A stretch of 64,000 nt of DNA from an uncultured Eubacteriales bacterium (GTDB taxonomy: Bacteria > Bacillota > Peptococcia > Peptococcales > SKKY01), in the NCBI GenBank assembly GCA_964642925.1, contig CAZXPJ010000004.1, positions 15,420-79,419 of the forward strand, written 5' to 3'. Under the pieces are notes generated by a model, which made no database searches, was not told the DNA's origin, and worked only from the letters and a program-made list of their open reading frames with translations. The number at the start of each line of letters is the position of its first letter. The first letter of the stretch is position 1. Below are positions 19,294 to 29,836 of the stretch, piece after piece. The position numbers were made by a program, and so were the translations under genes.

Positions 19294-21279
19294 TTAAGCC
19301 AGATATTTTTTAATTTCTTTTGCTATATTTTCTTTTTCAAAACCAAATTTTACAAAAAGATCTTCTGCTTTACCAGAGGCTCCAAAGCTGTCTAAACTAA
19401 ATATTTTTCCATTTAAACCCGTGTATTTATGCCATCCAAAAGAAGAGGCTGCCTCTATTGCTACTCTTTTTTCTAATTTCCTTGGTAATATCATTTCCTT
19501 ATATTCATTACTTTGTATATCAAATAATTCAAAGGAAGGCATACTAAGAACCCTAACAGAAATATTATCCTCCTCTAATTTTTTAGCCACATCTACTGCT
19601 AAAGAAACTTCCGATCCAGTAGCCATTATAAGAAGATCTACTTCTTCTCTAGACCCATAAACTACATAGGCTCCCTTTAAGGAATCCTCTCCTGTATTTT
19701 CTAAAATAGGTAATGTTTGTCTAGAAAGAACTAGAGAAACAGGTTTTTCTCTCTGAGTTACGGCATATAGCCATGCAGCAGCTGTTTCCTTTGCATCTGC
19801 GGGCCTAAAAGTAATCATGCCAGGCATACTCCTCAAGGCAGCAAGATGTTCCACAGGCTGATGAGTAGGGCCGTCTTCCCCAAGGCCGATACTATCATGG
19901 GTAAGAATATAAATTATGGGTAATTTCATTAAAGCAGATAATCTCATGGAGGCTTTCATATAATCAGTAAAAGTGAAAAAAGTACCAACAAATACTCTTA
20001 AGCCTCCATGTAAATAAATCCCATTAGCAATTCCCGCCATAGCATGCTCTCTTACACCAAAACGAAGATTGCCCCCACTTTTGTTTTCTTTTGAAAAATC
20101 TCCTCTCCCCTTCATATAAGTTTTATTAGAAGGAGCTAAATCTGCAGAACCCCCAATTAAATTTGGTAGATAGTCTACAATTTTTCCTAAACTAATTCCT
20201 GAAGCTTCTCTAGTAGACAGGTCTTTTTCAAAACTCCAATAATTATTTTCTTCTAATAATTTAGCTATCCCTTTTTCATTGCCCTCTACCCAAGACAATA
20301 ATTTTTCCGCAAGTTCAGGGAATTTTTTGGAATATTCTTTAAAAAGTTTATTCCATTTTTCTTCTTCTGTTCTTCCTTTTTCCAATACTTTCTCTCTAAA
20401 TTCCTTTGTTTCTTCAGGAACTGTAAATTCTGGGTATTTCCAATCATAATAATCTCTAACTTCTTGTAACTGTTCCTTACCCAAAGGTTCCCCATGAGCT
20501 GAAGCTGTTCCTTGTTTTTCAGGACTTCCTTCTCCAATTATTGTATCTACTATTATAAGAGAGGGCTTTTCCATTTCTTCTTTAGCTGTTTTAATGGCCT
20601 CACTTATCAGGTTTAAATCATTTCCATCTTTAACATTTAAAACTTGCCAGCCATAGGCATCATATCTTTTAGCTACATCCTCTTTAAAAGCTAAATCTGT
20701 AGACCCTTCAATGGTAATATTATTTGAATCGTAGAACATAATAAGTTTCCCTAAACCCATTGTACCTGCCCAAGAGCAGGCTTCGGAAGAAATTCCTTCC
20801 ATCATATCCCCGTCTCCCACCAAAGCATAAGTATAATGATCTATAATTTTGTATTCTTCTTTATTAAAGTTTGATCCTAAATATTCCTCTGCCATTGCCA
20901 TTCCTACAGCATTAGCCACTCCCTGGCCTAAAGGTCCCGTAGTGGTCTCTACTCCATCTGTATCCCTGTATTCAGGATGCCCAGGAGTGTTACTTCCTAC
21001 TTGACGGAAATTTTTAAGATCCTCCAAGCTCACCTTATATCCAAAAATATGAAGGAGAGAATATAAAAGTATGGAGCCGTGTCCTGCTGATAAAACAAAT
21101 CGATCCCTATCTATCCATTTTGAATTCTCTGGATTGTGTTTCATATGTCTTGACCAAAGAGTGTAGACCATAGGTGCTGCACCTAAGGGCAAACCTGGGT
21201 GACCAGACTTAGCTTTTTCAACACCTTCTGCTGATAAAATTCTTAACGTCTTTACAATTAAGTCATCATTCTTATACAT
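19294..21279 (-). CDS. tkt: transketolase
   Basis: 661 aa. [21 protein letters not shown] and a ThDP-binding fold. Confidence 0.95.
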   Translation of the reverse strand: MYKNDDLIVKTLRILSAEGVEKAKSGHPGLPLGAAPMVYTLWSRHMKHNPENSKWIDRDRFVLSAGHGSILLYSLLHIFGYKVSLEDLKNFRQVGSNTPGHPEYRDTDGVETTTGPLGQGVANAVGMAMAEEYLGSNFNKEEYKIIDHYTYALVGDGDMMEGISSEACSWAGTMGLGKLIMFYDSNNITIEGSTDLAFKEDVAKRYDAYGWQVLNVKDGNDLNLISEAIKTAKEEMEKPSLIIVDTIIGEGSPEKQGTASAHGEPLGKEQLQEVRDYYDWKYPEFTVPEETKEFREKVLEKGRTEEEKWNKLFKEYSKKFPELAEKLLSWVEGNEKGIAKLLEENNYWSFEKDLSTREASGISLGKIVDYLPNLIGGSADLAPSNKTYMKGRGDFSKENKSGGNLRFGVREHAMAGIANGIYLHGGLRVFVGTFFTFTDYMKASMRLSALMKLPIIYILTHDSIGLGEDGPTHQPVEHLAALRSMPGMITFRPADAKETAAAWLYAVTQREKPVSLVLSRQTLPILENTGEDSLKGAYVVYGSREEVDLLIMATGSEVSLAVDVAKKLEEDNISVRVLSMPSFELFDIQSNEYKEMILPRKLEKRVAIEAASSFGWHKYTGLNGKIFSLDSFGASGKAEDLFVKFGFEKENIAKEIKKYLA

Positions 21280-21303
21280 AATACATCCTCTTTTCTATTT
21301 TAT

Positions 21304-23154
21304 TTAAAAGATTGTCATAAAATTCCAGTTATACAAAGTAGCTATAAAAATAAATAAAATAATTGAACTTATAATTATATTTTTTTTATTATAGCTATCT
21401 ACCTTTACTTTTTTTCTAAAAATAATTGTTCCTATAATTAATACTAAAGATAAAATTGAAAGTAGAATATTTCCATAAATAAAAGGCAAAACCCTCATAC
21501 TACTATAATATAAATAATTAAAAGCTTGGTTTATGAGAAATAGATTGTTTAAGACTAAAGATATGCTCAAAAAATTTAAAAATATTAGAATATTATTTAT
21601 CTTCCCTTTAGCTCTTAACTTATATCTTATTAGTAATAAAGGGTGAATCATGAAAAATAAGGATCCTGTGGTTAAAATAATGACTGTTAAATTTACCCAT
21701 ATCCAGGGTCTAAAAGTATTGGCAGGAATAAGGTCAACGGAATTACCACTGGTAACTCTTTTTATAGAATCCCCCTCTTTTTCAAATAAGAGCTCTGGGT
21801 AAAGATATTTAATAATTAGGCTACTAGAATTGAAGATATTGTATTTATAAGGTGCCACTTGAACATAACTAGCTTCGTGTCCAGGAATACTAAGCTTTAC
21901 CTCCCCAACTTCATCGGAAGATATCTCGTAGGCTGATAAATATGAAAATAGCTCCAGAAAATTATTATAGGAAGATCTTGTGGGAAGATATTTCCCCGTT
22001 AATTCTTTAGAAGAAGGTTCTGTTATACCCTTCCTATCTACATTCTTTATTTCTCCAAAAATCAATTCCTGTAATTCATAAATTAAATCTGTTTCAGTTC
22101 CTGAATTTATAAGTACTGCTAGACCCAATCTTTCCTCGGGTGCTACAGAAAAAAAGCTAGTAAAGCCTGCAGTGTTTCCACCGTGGCCATAAGAAGAAAC
22201 CTCCCCTTCATATTCCCAAAAACCATGGGCAATAGAAGTTTTTAGTTTATCCTTAGAATAACTATTAGAAAAAGTATCATCAAAGGTCTCTGCAGTTTTA
22301 AAAAGAGGACTATCTATAGATTTTTCAGGAGTTAACGCTAAAGCGAATTTAGCTAGTGCCATTACTGTGCCATCAGCTGCTCCTGATGGATAAGCTGGCA
22401 CGTAAACCCAATCCTTTTCCTTAAAAATGCTATCTTTTTCTGAGATATATCCCTTTGCTTTTTTTTCTAATAAATTAGGATTATATTTATATAAAGGATG
22501 TCCTGCAATATTTATCATATTAGAAGGATAAAAAATGTTTTTTCTTTCATAATCAAAAAATTTCTCTCCAGTTATTGTCTTAATTATATAGGCTCCTAGG
22601 GCAGATCCGTAATTTGAATAAGAAATAACTTCTCTCGGTAAAAACACTTGTTTTGATTGATCCCCCTGAAGGGTTAAGCCTAAGGGAGATAGTTTCTTCA
22701 TATCTTTATTCGCAAAATCGAACATTGGATCTTCAAAACCAGCATTATGATTCATTAAATCCATAAAGGTAATTGGTTCTTTATAATTAAATTTTTTTCT
22801 AACCTCTTCTGGTAAATACCTCTCTATATTTTCCCCCAAGTCTAATTGCTTACTTTCTACTAATTGCATAGCACTTACCCAAACAAATAACTTATTAATA
22901 GAGCCATATTCAAAGACAGTTTCCTCAGCTTTAACAGGTATCTGCTCATCAATATCAGCAAAGCCGTATCCTTTTGCAAATATTATCTCTCCATCCTCTA
23001 CTAAAGCTATAGCTGCCCCAGGCACAGAAATACCTATATATTTTTCCATAATATTCTCAATTTCTTTATCTGGAAAGGAATAAGCAGAAACGAAAAAAAT
23101 TACTGAAAATAATATTATTCCAGCAATTTTTATGTAATTATTATTTTTTTTCAT
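21304..23154 (-). CDS. serine hydrolase (beta-lactamase/PBP4-like fold) with C-terminal polytopic membrane region
   Basis: Signal/anchor N-terminus, an SxxK motif (GSINK), and about 130 C-terminal residues forming 4 hydrophobic helices. Confidence 0.7.
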   Translation of the reverse strand: MKKNNNYIKIAGIILFSVIFFVSAYSFPDKEIENIMEKYIGISVPGAAIALVEDGEIIFAKGYGFADIDEQIPVKAEETVFEYGSINKLFVWVSAMQLVESKQLDLGENIERYLPEEVRKKFNYKEPITFMDLMNHNAGFEDPMFDFANKDMKKLSPLGLTLQGDQSKQVFLPREVISYSNYGSALGAYIIKTITGEKFFDYERKNIFYPSNMINIAGHPLYKYNPNLLEKKAKGYISEKDSIFKEKDWVYVPAYPSGAADGTVMALAKFALALTPEKSIDSPLFKTAETFDDTFSNSYSKDKLKTSIAHGFWEYEGEVSSYGHGGNTAGFTSFFSVAPEERLGLAVLINSGTETDLIYELQELIFGEIKNVDRKGITEPSSKELTGKYLPTRSSYNNFLELFSYLSAYEISSDEVGEVKLSIPGHEASYVQVAPYKYNIFNSSSLIIKYLYPELLFEKEGDSIKRVTSGNSVDLIPANTFRPWIWVNLTVIILTTGSLFFMIHPLLLIRYKLRAKGKINNILIFLNFLSISLVLNNLFLINQAFNYLYYSSMRVLPFIYGNILLSILSLVLIIGTIIFRKKVKVDSYNKKNIIISSIILFIFIATLYNWNFMTIF

Positions 23155-23171
23155 AAATTAACTCCAATCTT

Positions 23172-24185
23172 TTATTTTATATTTGAATTATCAACACATT
23201 CAATAAAAATAGAGTCTTCTTTTGATAAATCAATAATTTCCTCAGAATCCAAATAGCGAACTATTGGATTTTCAATATCACTTTTGTTAATAAATAAAAC
23301 TTCCGTTTTCCTTCCATTAGAAAGAATTACTTCTATACCCACAAGGCTCTGTAACATATTTTCTGTAAATATAATTAAGTATTTTGGGTTGTATTCTTGA
23401 TATAAATCTTTTATGTAATTTAATACTGAAAAAGGATTTACAGCATTTTTATAAACTCTTTTAGAAATCATTGCATGATACACATCGGCAACAGCAATAA
23501 TTTGACCAATCTCAGAAATTTCATTCCCTTTTAATCCTTTAGGATAACCTCCACCATTAATTTTTTCATGATGTTGAAGAGAACCAAGGCATATTTTTTG
23601 GGTAAAATTATTCTTTATAAGATATTCATAACCATAAAAAGAATGTTTTTTCATAATGTCATATTCTTCAACAGTTAACTTTCCTGGTTTATTCAAAATT
23701 TCTAAGGGAATAAAACTTTTCCCAATATCATGAAGCATTCCTGCTTCTCCAATAGATTTTATTTCTTCCCGAGAATAACTAAGCCACCTAGCCAGAAGCA
23801 TAGAAAATATACTAACATTAATATTATGAATAAAAGTGTATTCATCTACATTTTTTAATTTTGTTAAAACTTTTACGAAGCCTTGATTGTAGGATATTTC
23901 ATTTAAAAAAGGTCGTGTTAATTCTTCTATTTCTATTTTATTAATAGAATCACCAGTACTTACTTGTTCCATTATATTTCTAAATTTTTTGGAGCTCTCC
24001 TTATAAAACTTTTCAATATCCAATGTAAAAAGTTTCTCCTTCATTAGATCAAGTCTTCTTTTCATTTTCTCATTAATTAAGCTTCCGCCCTTTAAAAAAA
24101 GTGTTTTATTTTCTAAAAAAATGTCGTGGGCAACAACCTGACCTACATAGAACTCACTTTTTTGGACTTCTCTTAATTGTCTCAT
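23172..24185 (-). CDS. HD-GYP domain c-di-GMP phosphodiesterase
   Basis: HDIGK and HHEKINGGGYPKGL motifs. ATG at 24185 is preferred, with GGGGGAA 7 nt upstream. The track ORF starts at an upstream TTG. Confidence 0.85.
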   Translation of the reverse strand: MRQLREVQKSEFYVGQVVAHDIFLENKTLFLKGGSLINEKMKRRLDLMKEKLFTLDIEKFYKESSKKFRNIMEQVSTGDSINKIEIEELTRPFLNEISYNQGFVKVLTKLKNVDEYTFIHNINVSIFSMLLARWLSYSREEIKSIGEAGMLHDIGKSFIPLEILNKPGKLTVEEYDIMKKHSFYGYEYLIKNNFTQKICLGSLQHHEKINGGGYPKGLKGNEISEIGQIIAVADVYHAMISKRVYKNAVNPFSVLNYIKDLYQEYNPKYLIIFTENMLQSLVGIEVILSNGRKTEVLFINKSDIENPIVRYLDSEEIIDLSKEDSIFIECVDNSNIK

Positions 24186-24242
24186 AATAAAATTCCCCCA
24201 AAAGTTTAGCAATTCAATTTTATATTGATTTCACGGATAAAG

Positions 24243-24264
24243 CAAAAAACTGCCCGTAGGCAGT
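24243..24264 (-). terminator. intrinsic terminator after the TRAP operon
   Basis: Minus strand reads ACTGCC-tacg-GGCAGT followed by TTTTTTGC. Confidence 0.7.
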
Positions 24265-24269
24265 ATATT

Positions 24270-25565
24270 TTACATGAATCTAGGCAAGAATAAAACAATT
24301 TCAGGAAATAATGTAATTAATACAACTACAAGTAAAATTATCACAAATGAAGGTAGTGCGCTTCTTGCAATAGTAAAAATATCATCTTCTACTAAACCGT
24401 TGATAACAAAAAGATTGAAGCCAACTGGGGGCGTGATTTGTGCTAATTCAATCATAACTATAATATAAATTCCAAACCATAAAGGATCAAATCCAGCTGC
24501 TAAAATTAGTGGCAAAGCTAATGGAAGGGACATAACTATCATTGAAAAACCATCTAGGATAAATCCTAAGAATAAATACATAATTGAAAGTATAAATATT
24601 AATGCATATTTAGATAAACCAAAACTACCAATAAGATTAGTTAATTGTCCTGGAATACCAAGATAGCCGATAGCAACTGAAAAATATGTAGCACCACAAA
24701 CTATAAGCATTATCATACAACTTGTTTTTACAGAACCCATAATTGCTTCCACAAAAATATTAAAATCCATACTCTTAGTAATAAAAGCAAAAAGTATGGC
24801 ACCTAAAACACCTACTGCAGCAGCCTCCGTAGGAGTTGCAAAACCAGTATAAATACTACCTAGAACCATTATTATTAAAACAACTACAGGTGCAAGATCT
24901 GGAATTGTTTTTAAACGATCGCTCCAGGTAAATTTTTCATCAGAACCCGGTGCAAGATTGGGGTTAATTAAACATCTTACTACTATATATAAAATCAATA
25001 ATAAAGCAAGAAGTATCCCTGGTAATATCCCTGCAATAAATAATTTACCTATACTTACTCCGGATACGATTCCATAAACTAACATCATCATGCTTGGTGG
25101 TATTAAAAATCCAAGAGTTCCTGCTCCAGCAAGAGAGCCAATAACAAGTTTCCTGTCATAATTTCTTTTGAATAGCTCTGGTAATGTAATTTTCCCAACT
25201 GTTGCTGTTGTTGCTGCAGAAGATCCACTTACAGCAGCAAAAAGTGCTGAGGCAACTATATTTATATGTATAAGACCACCAGGTAGAAAACTAAGCCAAG
25301 GAGCCAAACCATTAAATAAATTCTCAGATATTTTACTTCTAAATAATATTTCTCCCATTAGAACAAACAAAGGTAGAGCAAACATAGTAGAACTATTAGT
25401 ACTATTCCATAATATATTGGTAAGAATTATCAAAGAAGGACTATTTGTGAAAAATTCAAAGGAAAAAATTGCTACCATTATTAGTGACATTCCTACCCAG
25501 ATACTACCTGCTAGGAGTGCTATTAAAACGAATAATACTGTTAAGGACATTCCAATAAAACTCAA
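24270..25565 (-). CDS. dctM: TRAP transporter large permease
   Basis: 431-aa polytopic DctM-like protein. TTG start 5 nt after AGGAGGGG. Confidence 0.9.
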   Translation of the reverse strand: MSFIGMSLTVLFVLIALLAGSIWVGMSLIMVAIFSFEFFTNSPSLIILTNILWNSTNSSTMFALPLFVLMGEILFRSKISENLFNGLAPWLSFLPGGLIHINIVASALFAAVSGSSAATTATVGKITLPELFKRNYDRKLVIGSLAGAGTLGFLIPPSMMMLVYGIVSGVSIGKLFIAGILPGILLALLLILYIVVRCLINPNLAPGSDEKFTWSDRLKTIPDLAPVVVLIIMVLGSIYTGFATPTEAAAVGVLGAILFAFITKSMDFNIFVEAIMGSVKTSCMIMLIVCGATYFSVAIGYLGIPGQLTNLIGSFGLSKYALIFILSIMYLFLGFILDGFSMIVMSLPLALPLILAAGFDPLWFGIYIIVMIELAQITPPVGFNLFVINGLVEDDIFTIARSALPSFVIILLVVVLITLFPEIVLFLPRFM

Positions 25566-25594
25566 GATATCCCCTCCTTTATGTTTTTAAAGTT

Positions 25595-26134
25595 TTATGA
25601 TTCCTCCGATACGGTTCTTGTTTCCACTTCTCTTTTTTTCCAATTTCCTGTTTTAAGATCTGTAATACTTTTTAGAATATCACCAATAAGCTGGAGAACC
25701 ATAACTCCACTACCAATCGGAAGCAAAGATTGTGGAATCCATAAAAGAGTTCTTGTTATTTGCATTGAATGACTTCCAATTAAATAAGACCCTATAGCAA
25801 ATCGTGCGGTAATAAAAGTAATCATTGAAAAGAAGAGAACACCAATTATAAAAACTATGATATCTAGGATGATAACACTTTTACCCTTTAGCATAGAGTG
25901 AAGAAAGGTCATTCTAATATGACCACCTTCTTTTAGTGTGTAAGCTAATCCAAAAAAAGTAATACCAGCAGTCATATATGCAGAATATTCATTTGTAATA
26001 TAAAGAGTTTTTGTAAAAAAAGTTCTTAATACAATTTCAATAAGAACAATAACAAAGCCAAAAAGTATCATGACTCCTGCTGCAAAACCAAAAAAATCAG
26101 AAATTCTATCAATTATTTTGGTGGCCTTCTCCAT
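25595..26134 (-). CDS. dctQ: TRAP transporter small permease
   Basis: 4-TM DctQ-like protein. ATG at 26134 follows AAGGAGGGA. Confidence 0.85.
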   Translation of the reverse strand: MEKATKIIDRISDFFGFAAGVMILFGFVIVLIEIVLRTFFTKTLYITNEYSAYMTAGITFFGLAYTLKEGGHIRMTFLHSMLKGKSVIILDIIVFIIGVLFFSMITFITARFAIGSYLIGSHSMQITRTLLWIPQSLLPIGSGVMVLQLIGDILKSITDLKTGNWKKREVETRTVSEES

Positions 26135-26157
26135 AACTGTCCCTCCTTGCAAATAAA

Positions 26158-26192
26158 ATGGACGTGCTCAGATATAGCATAAGCACGTCCAT
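26158..26192 (-). terminator. intra-operon hairpin between dctP and dctQ (partial terminator or mRNA stabiliser)
   Basis: Perfect 11-bp stem ATGGACGTGCT / AGCACGTCCAT with a 13-nt loop. On the minus strand it is followed by TTTATTT. Confidence 0.6.
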
Positions 26193-26211
26193 TAATAATT
26201 GTATTTAAATA

Positions 26212-27237
26212 TTAACGACCAACTTTTTCATTAAATGCTTTTACTATTTCTCTAGCATCCTCTGGAGCATTTTTTAACCAATCTTCACGAATATGTGCTG
26301 TTATTTCTGATAGGTCGTCTAAAAACTCCTGGCTTGGTGTTACTGTAGTAATGCCATTATCATTAGAAATCTTTTCCATTTCCTTATCTTGAGCCGCCAC
26401 TGCTTCCCACATAAATTCTTCTACTTCTTTAGCTTGTGCTAAAATAGTTTTTTGTGTAGCTTCATCAAGTTTATTAAACTCCGCAAGGTTTACAGTTACT
26501 AAATCTGTAGCCATAGTGATACTTACTGGAGCATAATAGTCAAGAACTTCCCAGAACTTACCATCTACTGCTGTTGGAGTTGAAGTTAATACTGAATTAA
26601 TTACTCCTGTTGCTAAAGATGAATAAACTTCACTAAAAGGAAGAGGATAAGGTGTAGCTCCTACAGCTTCCATAAATAAAGCACCATTTTCATCATAGGT
26701 ACGTGTTTTAAGACCTTTCATATCTTCTACACTAGAAATCTCGCCCTTGGACCAAACACCAGCTGCTGGCCATGGTGCAATATATAGAATCTTTTGATTC
26801 CATTTTGTCTCTGCTACCTTATCAAAATATGGTCTTGCAATATCATTCAAAATTTTTCCTTCTTCAAAATTCTGAATAAGAAAAGGAAGAGTTACGATTC
26901 CAAATATTGGTTCATCCCCTGCTACCCCACTTGTTAGCATATCTGATACTGGTACTAAGTTATCTTTAACTGCTCTTAATAACTCTGGTCCAGAATATCC
27001 AAGAGCCCCACCTGTTTGAACTCTTATCTTAACTTTACCCTCTGTAGCCTCTTCCACCATTACAGCAAATTTTTCTAATCCTATACTTTGCTGATTACTT
27101 GGTGGCCACACAGAGTTTGCAAGCCATTCTACAGGTTTATCTCCACTGTCAGCTTTTTTTCCACCACAGCCAACTACTAAAAAAGATAAAATTAAAATAA
27201 CTACTAAAAATATCGATATCTTAGACTTCCTGAACAT
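26212..27237 (-). CDS. dctP: TRAP transporter substrate-binding lipoprotein
   Basis: Lipobox LVVGCGG and DctP-family length. ATG at 27237 follows GGGGGAG. Confidence 0.85.
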   Translation of the reverse strand: MFRKSKISIFLVVILILSFLVVGCGGKKADSGDKPVEWLANSVWPPSNQQSIGLEKFAVMVEEATEGKVKIRVQTGGALGYSGPELLRAVKDNLVPVSDMLTSGVAGDEPIFGIVTLPFLIQNFEEGKILNDIARPYFDKVAETKWNQKILYIAPWPAAGVWSKGEISSVEDMKGLKTRTYDENGALFMEAVGATPYPLPFSEVYSSLATGVINSVLTSTPTAVDGKFWEVLDYYAPVSITMATDLVTVNLAEFNKLDEATQKTILAQAKEVEEFMWEAVAAQDKEMEKISNDNGITTVTPSQEFLDDLSEITAHIREDWLKNAPEDAREIVKAFNEKVGR

Positions 27238-27331
27238 ATTTCTCCCCCTTATTCCCTTTTTCATTTTATATTATTAGATAATTAGATGTTTGTCTAGCAA
27301 ATTACATCAAGTATTTTGTATTTACTTTATT

Positions 27332-27754
27332 CTAATAATTTTTATTTTTAATCGCCATGGAACGTTCGTGAGCTTTAACCATCATTCCATCTTTACTAAC
27401 AATTAATCTTTCATGGACACCTGAACCAATCTCGCCAATTTCGTCAAATGCCGTGAAATTAATAATTACCTTTTTACCATCAAAGTCCACTACTTTACCT
27501 TCAATAGTTACGGTAGCTCCAATAACTGTAGCATTAGAATGTTCAAGTTCCATTTTTGTTCCCACAGAAATAATCCCTTCAGGAAGTTTTTTGTCAATTT
27601 CTTCTACAGCTCCTTCAATAACTAAAGCCACAAGACTAGGAGTAGCAAGTACTTTATCCAACTGTCCGCTACCATAATTCAAGGATGCATCTTCCTCTGT
27701 AACTCTTTTTTGTACTGTAAAATTTGAATCTTTTTCTAAATTAATTGTTAACAC
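27332..27754 (-). CDS. hotdog-fold thioesterase (FlK-like family)
   Basis: 140 aa. The pattern ATPSLVALVIEGAV...G.H resembles fluoroacetyl-CoA-thioesterase-like proteins. GTG start 9 nt after AGGAG. Confidence 0.6.
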   Translation of the reverse strand: MLTINLEKDSNFTVQKRVTEEDASLNYGSGQLDKVLATPSLVALVIEGAVEEIDKKLPEGIISVGTKMELEHSNATVIGATVTIEGKVVDFDGKKVIINFTAFDEIGEIGSGVHERLIVSKDGMMVKAHERSMAIKNKNY

Positions 27755-27820
27755 GACAAGTCACTCCTCTCTATATATTTATATCTTATTTTACCCTATT
27801 TTCAAAGAAACTAACAACTT

Positions 27821-28777
27821 TTAATATTTATATAGTTTCCTGTTGTTAAGAAGCCAAATCTTTTCTGAAAAATCTCCTTTTTCTATACCTTCAAGGCCCT
27901 TTTTCATATCATACATCCTTGCATCAATCATATCGATATGGCAAAGAAGCTCAGCTTCGGGAATCATCGGTCTTTTAGGACTTCCGTATTCGGGTTCATT
28001 ATGGTGAGAAAGAATCATATGTTCTAAAATTACAATTTTCTCTTGAGCTACATTATGTTTTTTTCCTACTTCATTTACTAATTTTATTCCTTGTATAATA
28101 TGCCCTAGTAGTTGACCTTCAAAGGTATATTCCCTAACTACTCCAAGATCATTTGAATCCATCTCATCTATTTTTGCTATATCATGAAGGAGAACACCTG
28201 CATATAAAATATCAGTATCGATAAAAGTATAAATCCCAGCTAATCCTTCGGCTACTTTAAGCATTGTAGATATATGATAAAGCAGACCTGCGTAAATTGA
28301 ATGATGATTTTTTTGAGCTGCAGGATAATAAGAAAGTTCTTTTTTCTTTTCCTGATATATATCTTTACAGATATTTTTTATATCACTATCCTTCATATTT
28401 TCTATATAAGTCATTATTTCTTCATACATTTTAGCAGCATCTTCAGGAGCCTTGGGGACAAATTCCTCAATATCTACTTCATCTGATTCTTCAATATTAC
28501 GAATTTTTGTAACTTTTAACTGTAGCTTATTCTCATAAGAGTTTATTTCCCCGCGGATTTTTACAATAGTCCCAGGAAAAAACAGGCCAAGCTCCTCCGG
28601 CTGTGCATTCCAATATTTACCATTAATATCCCCTGTCTTATCCGATACATCCAGGTCAAGATATTTCTTACCATTTTTATTTTCCTTCGTTTGCACATTT
28701 TTTAAAAGATAAAAACTTTCAATTTTATCTCCATTTTCGAATTCTATTATATTTTTACTTAAAAATTCTTTTTTCAT
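27821..28777 (-). CDS. yhaM: 3'-5' exoribonuclease YhaM (OB fold + HD domain)
   Basis: N-terminal OB fold, then HD motifs LLHDIAK and HHNEPEYGSPKRP. Confidence 0.8.
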   Translation of the reverse strand: MKKEFLSKNIIEFENGDKIESFYLLKNVQTKENKNGKKYLDLDVSDKTGDINGKYWNAQPEELGLFFPGTIVKIRGEINSYENKLQLKVTKIRNIEESDEVDIEEFVPKAPEDAAKMYEEIMTYIENMKDSDIKNICKDIYQEKKKELSYYPAAQKNHHSIYAGLLYHISTMLKVAEGLAGIYTFIDTDILYAGVLLHDIAKIDEMDSNDLGVVREYTFEGQLLGHIIQGIKLVNEVGKKHNVAQEKIVILEHMILSHHNEPEYGSPKRPMIPEAELLCHIDMIDARMYDMKKGLEGIEKGDFSEKIWLLNNRKLYKY

Positions 28778-28962
28778 ATTATCTCCTTATAAGTTTGTTT
28801 TAAACAATTCTAAACTCTTTAATTTTGATTTGCAAATCTATAAATTTAATATATTTTTTATTTTTAAAATTATTTTTTTTAAGCATAGAAAAATCCTTCA
28901 ATCTCATGTAATATTACCTTGTATGTATAGAAGAAAACTACTAATCAACCTTGGAGGTATAA

Positions 28963-29826
28963 ATGATTATCAAACATAAAGAAACTATCAAAGAATTCTT
29001 CACTAAATTATTTGTAATAATAATGGGTGGCTTATTAGGTAGTCTTGCTTTTAATGCATTAGTTATTCCTTATGGTCTTTTAAGTGGTGGTATCAGCGGA
29101 ATTGCTTTGATTATTACCTATCTTTTCCCAAAGATTCCCTTATATTTTATAATAATATTATTGAATATTCCAATTTTCATCTGGGGCTTTAAAGAATTAG
29201 ACCGGAAATTAATATTTTATAGTGTAATTGGAATGGCAACTTTCGCCTTTGCCCTACCCATTACCCAACCTTATATCCAAACTCCTGAAGTAGATATTTT
29301 TCTTGCAGCAATTTTTTCTGGAATTCTTGTAGGTGTTAGCTCTGGAACAATAATAAAATTTGGAGGTTCAAGTGGAGGTACAGATGTTATCTCCCTAATC
29401 CTAAAAAAGAATAAGAACTTTTCTATTGGCACCGTTTCTTTTTCTTTTAATGCCATAATAATTGGTTTTTCTATATTTTTCTTTCCTATAAAAGTAGCCT
29501 TATATACCTTAGTAAGTGTTTGGGTAACAGGTAAAACGGTCAACCTTATACTTGAAGGATTAACTAAAAATAAAGCAGTAACTATAATTACAGGGAAAAA
29601 AGAAGAGGTTTCTTTTTATATTATGAATGATCTTAATAGGGGTGCCACAGTAATTAATGCTATAGGTGGTTTCTCAAAACAAGAAAAAACTGTAATTAAT
29701 TGTGTGATCAATAATTATGAATTTGCACGTCTTCGAAATGAAATTGGTAATATTGATCCCGATGCTTTTATGTATGTTAGTGATGCAGTAGCTGTTGCAG
29801 GGGGAGGCTTTAACAGGGGTGATTAA
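28963..29826 (+). CDS. YitT family membrane protein (DUF2179 C-terminal domain)
   Basis: 287 aa with 5-6 TM helices and a soluble C-terminal domain. SD GGAGG 7 nt upstream. Confidence 0.75.
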   Translation: MIIKHKETIKEFFTKLFVIIMGGLLGSLAFNALVIPYGLLSGGISGIALIITYLFPKIPLYFIIILLNIPIFIWGFKELDRKLIFYSVIGMATFAFALPITQPYIQTPEVDIFLAAIFSGILVGVSSGTIIKFGGSSGGTDVISLILKKNKNFSIGTVSFSFNAIIIGFSIFFFPIKVALYTLVSVWVTGKTVNLILEGLTKNKAVTIITGKKEEVSFYIMNDLNRGATVINAIGGFSKQEKTVINCVINNYEFARLRNEIGNIDPDAFMYVSDAVAVAGGGFNRGD

Positions 29827-29836
29827 TACTGCTTTA

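Noticed and set aside
20286-20537. An 83-aa same-strand alternative-frame ORF inside tkt.
   Set aside because: It is embedded in the conserved transketolase coding frame. Its Lys/Asn-rich product is typical of an off-frame reading.
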